Below are positions 9,629-17,539 of a DNA stretch of 64,000 nt, piece by piece. Made by a program: the position numbers and the translations under genes. The notes under the pieces were generated by a model. It was not told the DNA's origin and made no database searches. It saw only the letters and a program-made list of their open reading frames with translations. The DNA lies in the IMG/VR virus record IMGVR_UViG_3300042010_000106, positions 186,001 to 250,000 of that record, one strand, 5' to 3'. Position 1 is the first letter of the stretch, and every line of letters begins with the position of its first letter.

Positions 9629-11301
9629 TAATCACCTTTCGTTGCCAGATCCATTGCTTTCTGAATCTTGCTATTTGGACGGGTATTCGTTTTCGCAAAT
9701 ACAGGCTCGAAAACAGACGGGTCGATGTAGTTCGCAATTGCCGTGGTGGCCGTCACGTTCTCGCCGCTCATATGTCCGAGTTCTTTACCGATGTTCAGGC
9801 ATTGCTTTTCAATCCACGCATTCACGTCTGCATCTTTCGCACGGGCACCGAACGGACATTTCGCCATCAGAACCATTGCCATTCCAGTACCACGCAATTT
9901 GCGGAATTTGTGAATGGTGAAGCCTTCAGGGAAACCGAGTTCGCGCAGGTATCCGTTGATGTTCGAATTGCTGATTGGTTTGCCACGGAACGTGAACACG
10001 TATTCACCGGGCTTTTTGTCAAAGCAGAATTCGTTGATGGATTCCTTGAGCATTTCGGTACGCTGCTCGTTGAATTTGATTACGTGTTTCTGTGCACCGC
10101 CTTTCTTCCCGGCGTACTTCATAATCACGCGTGTTTCATTCAAATTCAGATGCTTACGCAGCAGTGTGGAAATGCCGTAAGTGGTTTCGCCAGCGGTATT
10201 GGCTTTGGTTGAACCGATACGTGCACTGGTCTGATAAATCACTTCGCAAATTGCAGCAGCCGTACCTTTCAGTGTACCGGGGCCTTTGCCCAAATCCACC
10301 AGCCATTTCTTTGTCCACTTCGGCAAATCAGGAAGCATGCCCTGAATAATGCTGAAACTTTCAACACGACCTTCGGTACGCGATTTGATCGTCTGCACAT
10401 TCGTGAAATTGGCAGCAAACGGCGCCTTGTATTTGCACACATAGGCGTTGTCATCGTCGGGCCGGTATTTCGGATTCATTTCACCAATGCCAATTGGTTT
10501 GTTCAGCAATTGCAAACCGGCTTCTGTGTAGAAATTCCCTTTGTCGTCCATCTTGCCGACGAACCATTCAGGGATATCGTGCTGCACATTGGCTAAGCGC
10601 TCACGAATTACAACCACGTCCAAAAGGTGTTCCCCGGACTGGCGCACGACGTTGGCAATTGCTTTGTCATACACCGCTTTCCGTTGCCTGCGCATATCCA
10701 AATATTCTTGGTGTTGCGGCAGGTTAGAACCGAGTTCCTTTGCTTTCTCACGCCATGCTGTCAGCGTGGTTTCAGGCATCACGTTACCGCTGACTTTCCC
10801 GTGTGTTTTCACATGGTTAGCGAGCCGATCGTACAGCGCGGTTTGACTACTGGTTTGAACCTCTTCCCCTTCGTGCATAAACATTTTGCTGATATGCGAA
10901 TCTTTGAACAGACCCGCATTCTGCATCAAACGTTTGTTAGCACTTTCCGAACCATTCCGCGCCAGACGAATATCGTTGAACAAAGAAAGCTGCACTTTGT
11001 TCAGGCTGGTGTCTTTCTCGAACGCTTTCTTTTTCTCTTTCAGTTTGAGGAAACACGCGTCCATAAGCAGCGTGTATTTGTGGTCTGCAACGTCGTGCCC
11101 TTCGACCATTAATGCAATAGGCTTTTTGAATACGCGAGCAATCTGGAATTGATCAAGGAAAGGCTGCGCAGTGTGCGCCCACGTCTTGAGCTTTTTCAGA
11201 AAGTCTGTGCCGAAGTCGTATTCTGGCGCTTTCAAGAAGGCAATCAAAATCTTTAGGAAAGCGTCGGCACTGCCCGGTGCAGCGGCCAAAGAGATTTGCA
11301 T
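9628..11301 (-). CDS. type IB DNA topoisomerase with N-terminal tag (MQISLAAA)
   Basis: TopIB catalytic-domain motifs in order: SARIGS..TYGISTL..H, YAGKKG, FTIHKFRKLRGT, LGH, NYIDP (R,K,R,H,Y pentad apparently intact). Confidence 0.8.
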   Translation of the reverse strand: MQISLAAAPGSADAFLKILIAFLKAPEYDFGTDFLKKLKTWAHTAQPFLDQFQIARVFKKPIALMVEGHDVADHKYTLLMDACFLKLKEKKKAFEKDTSLNKVQLSLFNDIRLARNGSESANKRLMQNAGLFKDSHISKMFMHEGEEVQTSSQTALYDRLANHVKTHGKVSGNVMPETTLTAWREKAKELGSNLPQHQEYLDMRRQRKAVYDKAIANVVRQSGEHLLDVVVIRERLANVQHDIPEWFVGKMDDKGNFYTEAGLQLLNKPIGIGEMNPKYRPDDDNAYVCKYKAPFAANFTNVQTIKSRTEGRVESFSIIQGMLPDLPKWTKKWLVDLGKGPGTLKGTAAAICEVIYQTSARIGSTKANTAGETTYGISTLLRKHLNLNETRVIMKYAGKKGGAQKHVIKFNEQRTEMLKESINEFCFDKKPGEYVFTFRGKPISNSNINGYLRELGFPEGFTIHKFRKLRGTGMAMVLMAKCPFGARAKDADVNAWIEKQCLNIGKELGHMSGENVTATTAIANYIDPSVFEPVFAKTNTRPNSKIQKAMDLATKGD

Positions 11302-11302
11302 T

Positions 11303-11752
11303 TCATCGCTCCATATTTTTCAGGACGTAATCCATCCGCTCAAATTTAATGGCGTATTTCCGAGACTTGATGTCCTCGGCTGGAATACGGATACCCACGT
11401 AATAGCACGTGTGGTTCAAACGTTCTTTTGCGTCTTCGACAATTCGATTGTTATCGTCGAGGCACATCAGCACGGTATCAATGTAATCGCGTTTGCCATC
11501 AAGGCGAACTTTGTAGCCGTAGCACAATGTGTAATTGTGTTTCTCGGCGAAGGCAATAAACAAATCAACATTGTCCGGGTTCGGAATGTCGTCTGTGAAA
11601 TGCCCACGCTTCATTAGCGGCATTTGAATCAAACGCTGTCCGAGGTCACGCCACGTTGGCCGACTAACAGTCAGCCGTGTGATTACAGGCTTCGGTATGT
11701 AGTTCTTTACAGTGTTTAGAACGGCGCTTGCGCAACTGATAATAATCTTCAT
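11303..11752 (-). CDS. hypothetical protein with N-terminal tag (MKIIISCASA)
   Basis: 149-aa ORF coupled to tmk stop. Confidence 0.6.
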   Translation of the reverse strand: MKIIISCASAVLNTVKNYIPKPVITRLTVSRPTWRDLGQRLIQMPLMKRGHFTDDIPNPDNVDLFIAFAEKHNYTLCYGYKVRLDGKRDYIDTVLMCLDDNNRIVEDAKERLNHTCYYVGIRIPAEDIKSRKYAIKFERMDYVLKNMER

Positions 11753-12375
11753 TAGGGGATTCCGTAGAGTCGATCCAGTGCAGCGAAAATGTCTTGTTTT
11801 ACTTTCTCAATGGATTGCGATGCGTCGATGGTAATCCACGAATCTTTCTTGTCCGCAATGCGCTGGTACGTGGTGCGACACATGTTCAAATATGCGTGGC
11901 CGCGCTGTTCAATCTTGTCGAGTGCAACGCCTTTATCCACGCGGGATTTGATCATGCGTTCGACACTCAATTCGGCGGTAATGTCGAGGAAAATTGTCAG
12001 GTCTGGTTCGACAATGTACGGCACACTCAATTCGTGCACGGCCATAATCTCAGGGCAATTCTGATACACCCACGACGAAGCGTAATAACGTTCACTGAAA
12101 ACATGAATGCCTTCAGCCATCTTCGGACGGATTACGTGTTTCGTGTGGTCAATGCGACCGGCGTACGCACAAAGCGCTTCGGCCTGCACAGGCGGATCAA
12201 ATTCATCACTGATTACCAAACGACGGCAGATTTCAGCGAAAGGAGTTCCGCCAATTTCACGCGTCAAATAGAAAGGCAGTGCACGCGATTGGTAATACTC
12301 AGGCATGTATTCCGACACAGTGCCTTTGCCGCATGCTTCGATACCTTCCAGAACTGCAAATTTCCCATACGCCAT
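11752..12375 (-). CDS. tmk: thymidylate kinase
   Basis: P-loop VLEGIEACGKGT, TREIGGT, ERYYASSWVYQ, EPDLTIFLDI. Confidence 0.9.
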   Translation of the reverse strand: MAYGKFAVLEGIEACGKGTVSEYMPEYYQSRALPFYLTREIGGTPFAEICRRLVISDEFDPPVQAEALCAYAGRIDHTKHVIRPKMAEGIHVFSERYYASSWVYQNCPEIMAVHELSVPYIVEPDLTIFLDITAELSVERMIKSRVDKGVALDKIEQRGHAYLNMCRTTYQRIADKKDSWITIDASQSIEKVKQDIFAALDRLYGIP

Positions 12376-12944
12376 TATAAATACACCCGCTGTACTTGCA
12401 TTACATTACGCTTGGAGTCACCACCACGCCAAGCAAGTTTTTTGTATATCTGGTGTTTGCGTGTGATCGCCAAGGGACGACGTTTCGCACGCACTGCACA
12501 CCGAATTAATCCCGTGGTTTCACTGAGGGTCAAGATCCCGGCACCCTCTGCCACAATTTCAGCTTTGATTTCTGGATAGCAACGCGATTTCATAATCGAC
12601 GGCGGAAACACAAAGAACAATTGAGTTGTGTGACTCAAATATTCCCGCCATTTCTTATCGCTACGGTAATCAGCCAAACAGCTTTTGATTTCCACACCGA
12701 CAATGTTGCCCACAAAATCCATTGCCATAACGTCCAAACGGCGAGCGCCCCAACGCTCTACGCCCACTTCCCTGTGAACGCTGTATGTTTTCTTCGCCCA
12801 ATAATACACAGCCGCTTGATGCAATTTCTCTGTGATTAATTTGCGTCCTGTTAACGAAGTGTCATCAATGTTCACAGGTTTCGGTGCTGGGGTTGCACGG
12901 GGTTTTCTTTTTCCCCGTGGTCTAGATCGCCGTTTGTACGCCAT
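12375..12944 (-). CDS. mmcB: MmcB-family PD-(D/E)XK DNA repair nuclease with basic N-terminal extension
   Basis: RRLDVMA..GVEIKSCLADYRSDKKWREYL..LFFVFP. Confidence 0.75.
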   Translation of the reverse strand: MAYKRRSRPRGKRKPRATPAPKPVNIDDTSLTGRKLITEKLHQAAVYYWAKKTYSVHREVGVERWGARRLDVMAMDFVGNIVGVEIKSCLADYRSDKKWREYLSHTTQLFFVFPPSIMKSRCYPEIKAEIVAEGAGILTLSETTGLIRCAVRAKRRPLAITRKHQIYKKLAWRGGDSKRNVMQVQRVYL

Positions 12945-12946
12945 GT

Positions 12947-14287
12947 TTAACGCAGTCCCATCAGTTTCATGTAAGGAGTCAACACACCGTTACCGTCGTG
13001 CATTTTCAGGTATTCCGAAACGGCCTTTTGATACACGGCCATCGGTTGGCGCTGGTCATACGCACCTTTGAAATCCTGAATTGCGTTCATGATATCGGCA
13101 TCGGTAGCACCACCACGGCGCGTACGGTTGATCAACGACTTCAAGCGTGTTTCGGTATCCTTGTTCAGCAAACGAACTGGAAACAGTTTCCAGCGGCTGA
13201 AAAGAACACTTCGATCTTTTGTGTATTTCTTCATTGCAGTGCAGAACTTGTCGAACGGCAGCGCGTATATGTCCGGCGCGTCCGTGTATTCAGGCAGTGC
13301 AACCGAAATGCTCGGCGTGTTATAGGCTTCGCCCAGCACTTTTGCATCTTTGTAGTTGTAATTGCCAACGAACATCTTTTTCAAACTGGCATCGGTAAAC
13401 GCTTTGGTACTCTTCAGGTTTGTACCCTGCGTAACAACACGTTCTTTCGTCGTAATCAATTTGACGACCATTGCTTCGTGCGGAAAAGCCTCTTTCAATT
13501 TGGCTGCACACGTTTGCAAATCGTCTTCAGTGATTACCTTGTGCGTGTACCAAGACGACCAGTGCATCAAGGCGCCGGGAACACCGCGCTCTGCAATAAT
13601 TGCGTAAAACTCTTCGGTTGCATCACGCGCAATTTCTTCGTGCGTACCGGCCAGAATGATGTGGAAACCGAAGGTGTTAATCCTGTGCATTTCCGATTGA
13701 AACAGCGGGCCGTGGTTTGCGTGGATCAATGCCATAGCACGTTCTGGATCGGTCGGAAGTTTTTCAACACCTTTCACGTAGTTGTACAGGTGAATCATTT
13801 CGTGAATGATTGTGTTCGTGAAAAGCACACGGTCAATCATCGAACTTTCATTCACATGCAGAGTAAACAACGCTTTCCGATTCGGTGCCGTGGCAGAAGG
13901 CGACCATTTCATTTCGGCCATGCCCCACACGCCTGCTTTACGTGCTTTTACAATTTTCACAGGCGGGCATGCACCGTTGAAATACAGCTTATTGTAATAG
14001 TCGTAAAGAGGTTTGACCATTTCGATTTTCGGTTCAAACAAAAGGTACGGCGCATTGGTTGGATCGGGACGCACGGTCAAACGTTCTTCGCTCATTTTCA
14101 TAAGCGCGTTGCCTTCTTTCTTGGTCAGGCTGAACAGAATTTCCGGGTTGTGTTCATGAATCACGACATATTTGGTGCCGTGCAAATACATTTCGAATTG
14201 ATCGCCCATAACGAACGTCAAATAGTAATCAGGATGCGCGTCGTCGTATTGCACGTCAGCTTTGTTGATAAAACGATAGGTACTCAT
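12947..14287 (-). CDS. SprT-like zinc metalloprotease with extra N-terminal domain
   Basis: YDYYNKLYFNG, TIIHEMIHL (HEXXH), HGPLFQSEMHRIN. Confidence 0.8.
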   Translation of the reverse strand: MSTYRFINKADVQYDDAHPDYYLTFVMGDQFEMYLHGTKYVVIHEHNPEILFSLTKKEGNALMKMSEERLTVRPDPTNAPYLLFEPKIEMVKPLYDYYNKLYFNGACPPVKIVKARKAGVWGMAEMKWSPSATAPNRKALFTLHVNESSMIDRVLFTNTIIHEMIHLYNYVKGVEKLPTDPERAMALIHANHGPLFQSEMHRINTFGFHIILAGTHEEIARDATEEFYAIIAERGVPGALMHWSSWYTHKVITEDDLQTCAAKLKEAFPHEAMVVKLITTKERVVTQGTNLKSTKAFTDASLKKMFVGNYNYKDAKVLGEAYNTPSISVALPEYTDAPDIYALPFDKFCTAMKKYTKDRSVLFSRWKLFPVRLLNKDTETRLKSLINRTRRGGATDADIMNAIQDFKGAYDQRQPMAVYQKAVSEYLKMHDGNGVLTPYMKLMGLR

Positions 14288-14742
14288 GGCATTACCTGTT
14301 GAATGTACGTCACGCGGCCAGCATTGCGCAGCGGACTATTTATAAGGTCTTCTTGTGTGAGTGTGTTCGACATTCCGATTGCAGGAGGATCGGTAATGTA
14401 CAGGTAATAATTCGTCGCCAATGGAAGGCCCATTGTGATGTCGCGGATTTCAACGAATGGCTGTGCGTATTGCGGAATCACCATGTGCGGGTTGTCGAGT
14501 TCCCACTTGTGACACAACACAATAAACACAGGCATTTCATACGCAAAATCTTGTCGATGGTACGCGTACATCACGTCCTGATTGAGCCGGGTCATCAACG
14601 CAGTGTATGCGTCTTTGCACGTGTGCCCAATGATTGGAAAAATACCCACGTCACGGATTGGAAACGTTGGAAATAAACCTTCGTTTATGTCACCGGAATC
14701 CACAAGTTTGAATTCGTCCGATTTACCGTAGACGCAGCTCAT
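14284..14742 (-). CDS. hypothetical protein
   Basis: 152-aa ORF with ATGA overlaps at both ends. Confidence 0.6.
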   Translation of the reverse strand: MSCVYGKSDEFKLVDSGDINEGLFPTFPIRDVGIFPIIGHTCKDAYTALMTRLNQDVMYAYHRQDFAYEMPVFIVLCHKWELDNPHMVIPQYAQPFVEIRDITMGLPLATNYYLYITDPPAIGMSNTLTQEDLINSPLRNAGRVTYIQQVMP

Positions 14743-15587
14743 AGGCTCTCCGGTTTATCAATCAATTTCGCAACCATTTCTTTCAGCTCCGACACTTCGT
14801 TTTTCAGAGCGTCGATTTCTTTCTGCTGACCTTTGAACATTGATACCAGCGCGTTGATATTCTCAACGAACAAACCGGCCAATGTGCTGTAGAAAACTGC
14901 GAGTTTTCCGTCAGTGGTGCGCTCGACTGCTTCAGGGAAAACCTGTGCAACTTCCTGCGCAATCAAACCTGTGTAACGGCGCCCCGGCTGACCAATCTTT
15001 TCGAATGTGTTGCCGCTCAAACGATTGGTGATTGCGAGGCTGTCTTCGATACGGGTGATTTTGTTCTTCAACGAACGATCAGAACTGATTGCCACTTCGG
15101 TACTGCAAACGATTTGGCCTTTCTTCACGTTGATTTCAACAGTGTTTTTAACGCCGTCGTTCCACGTCATCATGCCGCGTGGTTCTGGATCGTCTTCACC
15201 CACAACCGCAGTCGAAGTGAACTGCAAATTGTCGTCAAATACTTGAGCTTTCATAGCTCCATTGAAATCAATTGCACCGAAATCATTCAGGGCCAGAGTA
15301 CCGGTTAATTCACCGCCCGCCGTTGGAATGAAATCGCCTTTGGAACCGCCGAGTGTTGCAGGAATCCAACCTGCGTTAGTCAGTGGTTTGCCGTAACCAA
15401 TTTCCCAATCTTCAAAGCCACCGGGAACGGTTACACGAACGATCATACCCGGCTTACGTGCTGCGATTGGAATAGCGTCACGGTCTGCAATAGACGCCGC
15501 TGTGCGATAACCACCACGCAAATCAGCATCTTGCAGAAGAAACGCACCACCTGTTCTTTCAAAGTTTGTGCTAAAACCAATTGCCAC
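14739..15587 (-). CDS. tail fibre/spike-associated protein with C-terminal intramolecular chaperone (peptidase S74) domain
   Basis: SSDRSLKNKI...TGLIAQEVAQVFPEAV...V.YSTL followed by coiled coil; N-terminal GGYR..RDAIP..RKPGM motif. Confidence 0.75.
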   Translation of the reverse strand: MAIGFSTNFERTGGAFLLQDADLRGGYRTAASIADRDAIPIAARKPGMIVRVTVPGGFEDWEIGYGKPLTNAGWIPATLGGSKGDFIPTAGGELTGTLALNDFGAIDFNGAMKAQVFDDNLQFTSTAVVGEDDPEPRGMMTWNDGVKNTVEINVKKGQIVCSTEVAISSDRSLKNKITRIEDSLAITNRLSGNTFEKIGQPGRRYTGLIAQEVAQVFPEAVERTTDGKLAVFYSTLAGLFVENINALVSMFKGQQKEIDALKNEVSELKEMVAKLIDKPESL

Positions 15588-15654
15588 GTTAATTCTCCAT
15601 CGCGTAATGAAAACGCGTGCTTTTGTAAGTAACTTCCCTTTAAATTAGCGCCAG

Positions 15655-15690
15655 AAACACAAAAGCCCACGGTTAGGCGGGCTTTGTGTT
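15655..15690 (-). terminator. rho-independent terminator
   Basis: AACACAAAGCCC...GGGCTTTTGTGTTT inverted repeat right after stop at 15698. Confidence 0.7.
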
Positions 15691-15697
15691 GGAGCAA

Positions 15698-15877
15698 TTA
15701 ACGCAAATATGTAGAAGGTTCTTCGCTCAGGTAACGGCCCATTGAGCGGGCCATTCCATTCTTTTGATTCGCAGTGATTGGCATTTTAATGTATCGAATG
15801 CCGTGCGGATCAGAGCGCCGAACGCCAACCAACAATTCGCCGGACATAAAAGATTTAACGTACTCAGGGCTAGCCAT
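15698..15877 (-). CDS. 59-aa hypothetical protein below ORF-track cutoff
   Basis: Manual translation MASPEYVKSFMSGELLVGVRRSDPHGIRYIKMPITANQKNGMARSMGRYLSEEPSTYLR*; GAGG RBS; fills gap before terminator. Confidence 0.55.
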   Translation of the reverse strand: MASPEYVKSFMSGELLVGVRRSDPHGIRYIKMPITANQKNGMARSMGRYLSEEPSTYLR

Positions 15878-15891
15878 AAGACGAACCTCGA

Positions 15892-16443
15892 TTATTTAAA
15901 TTGCATGGCTGTGCAACTAAGGCCCAAATTCCCTTCGATAAAGTTGGACGTACCTGTTTCCGACGCCACTGCCGTTTTGTAAAATGGTGTCAGAACAGCC
16001 AAGGTTGCTTCGCCCATAAACAAACTATCGTCGGGTACACCAGTAAGAGGCAGATAACGCTCTACGGAATTAACAGTTGTGTCTGCATAAACCGAACAAC
16101 GAAAAGTAACGCTATCAGACATGCGACGGCGAAATGCTTTAGTGTTGAGACGGGCGCACCATTCATCAACACGTTCTTTGCAGAACTGTTCAAAAGAACG
16201 CCGTGTAAACCCTGTTTCACTGGTCTTTATAATCAGGTCAAATACTTGCTGCCCTTTTTCAAAAATACCAGTAGCAAACCATTTGTTGTTAAGTGGCAAT
16301 TCTGTTTGGTCGGCAGCGCCAAGTTGGAAAACGGTTAGTTCAGTTTCAACAAACACACACATGTTTTTGCTGCGCTCTTCCAAAGGAATAGCATCACGGG
16401 CTGCTGGGGATGATACAACTCGAAATTGTGATGATACGGTCAT
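15892..16443 (-). CDS. hypothetical virion-associated protein
   Basis: N-terminal FRVV..RDAIPLEERSKNMCVFV resembles N-terminus of 14739..15587; sits next to baseplate gene. Confidence 0.55.
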   Translation of the reverse strand: MTVSSQFRVVSSPAARDAIPLEERSKNMCVFVETELTVFQLGAADQTELPLNNKWFATGIFEKGQQVFDLIIKTSETGFTRRSFEQFCKERVDEWCARLNTKAFRRRMSDSVTFRCSVYADTTVNSVERYLPLTGVPDDSLFMGEATLAVLTPFYKTAVASETGTSNFIEGNLGLSCTAMQFK

Positions 16444-16458
16444 GCGTCAAATCCTTTT

Positions 16459-17235
16459 TTAGTTCGTTTCGGAACGTTGCGAATCAATGATATGTTCACC
16501 ACTGATTTTCTCAGTGCGGGAACCTTGAACCGTTAAGGTATCACTGCCTTTCACGGTTACTGTGCGTGTGCCTTCGATAATGACTTCCTGATTCCCTTTG
16601 ATGTGAATCTTTTGGTTGCCAGTACCGCCGCTCACACCGCCCGCGCTTTTCGCTTGAATTTCCTGAATCTTTGTGTCGCTTGCATTCAGCAGATACGAAG
16701 GAATATCGCCCTTCGCTTTGCCAATTGTTTGCGTGTGCGAACCAATAATTGTTTGACTGAAATCGCCAAGCAATACGAGGTGCATGTCACCGGGATTCAA
16801 CATCAGAAATTCATTGCTTTTCCGGTCAATGATTGCGTAGAACCCATTCGATTCACGAATCACTTTACGGTACGGGTAATTCTTTTCCGCTTCAGGCAGA
16901 ATTGTTTTCTTGTCACCGGGATAAGGTGCCAGACTTGGCTTGTATTGATCGCCGGTTTTGAATTGCACACCGACTTTCGTACCCTTTAACGGAATGGAAA
17001 CTGTACCGCTACGTTCAGCAGTGTCGCCATTCGTTGCGTAATCCTGATTCATTGGCAAGGCCCATGGTAGAGCCTTGTCCGGGATTGCGTCCGAGTGAAT
17101 ATCTTTAATGCGTACACGTACACGACAGGCTTTGCGGGGATCGAGGTCATCAACCACGACCGCCGCATAAATCATCTTGGGATCAATCCCCTGTCGCTGC
17201 AAATGTTTTGTCGGATTAAGTGGCGACGTTGCCAT
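16459..17235 (-). CDS. baseplate hub/central spike protein (T4 gp5/VgrG-like)
   Basis: OB-fold motif VVVDDLDPRKACRVRVRI..LPWALP..IPLKGTKVGVQF..GD; C-terminal beta-helix-type repeats (V.G....TV.GS). Confidence 0.8.
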   Translation of the reverse strand: MATSPLNPTKHLQRQGIDPKMIYAAVVVDDLDPRKACRVRVRIKDIHSDAIPDKALPWALPMNQDYATNGDTAERSGTVSIPLKGTKVGVQFKTGDQYKPSLAPYPGDKKTILPEAEKNYPYRKVIRESNGFYAIIDRKSNEFLMLNPGDMHLVLLGDFSQTIIGSHTQTIGKAKGDIPSYLLNASDTKIQEIQAKSAGGVSGGTGNQKIHIKGNQEVIIEGTRTVTVKGSDTLTVQGSRTEKISGEHIIDSQRSETN

Positions 17236-17529
17236 TTAAGCCTGCAACCTGTTCAACACATACCAAATGATGCGCGCTTTTTCTTTTGCTTCAACGTGGA
17301 GCAAATTGAAATAGAACGCTTCAGTGGCCGCAGGATTATCAGGACTCAATTTCGCGTACGTAATCGAAGCAACATATGCGCTGACTGCATCGACGTAGGC
17401 TGTGCGTTGCACGTAGTCCAATTTCGCTTCACACAAATGAATCAGGTCGGCGCTAATCGTGCCGTGAGCAGCGCCCGCAAATTCATTGATAAAACTCAGT
17501 TGTTCTTCTGGTTCTAAACGTTCCCACAT
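17236..17529 (-). CDS. hypothetical protein
   Basis: 97-aa ORF between portal-like and gp5-like genes. Confidence 0.6.
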   Translation of the reverse strand: MWERLEPEEQLSFINEFAGAAHGTISADLIHLCEAKLDYVQRTAYVDAVSAYVASITYAKLSPDNPAATEAFYFNLLHVEAKEKARIIWYVLNRLQA

Positions 17530-17539
17530 TTCGTTGTCC

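Noticed and set aside
9628-11301. Integrase or telomere resolvase implying a temperate or linear-plasmid lifestyle
   Set aside because: TYGISTL..H and GKKG motifs fit TopIB better; no att site or hairpin telomere target recognised
164-11752. Shared N-terminal peptide as Sec/Tat signal peptide or prepilin leader
   Set aside because: No basic n-region with a long hydrophobic core, no RR motif, no G-F...E5 pattern; cargo (TopIB, GNAT, ART) is cytoplasmic. The real lipoprotein signal at 9232 looks different
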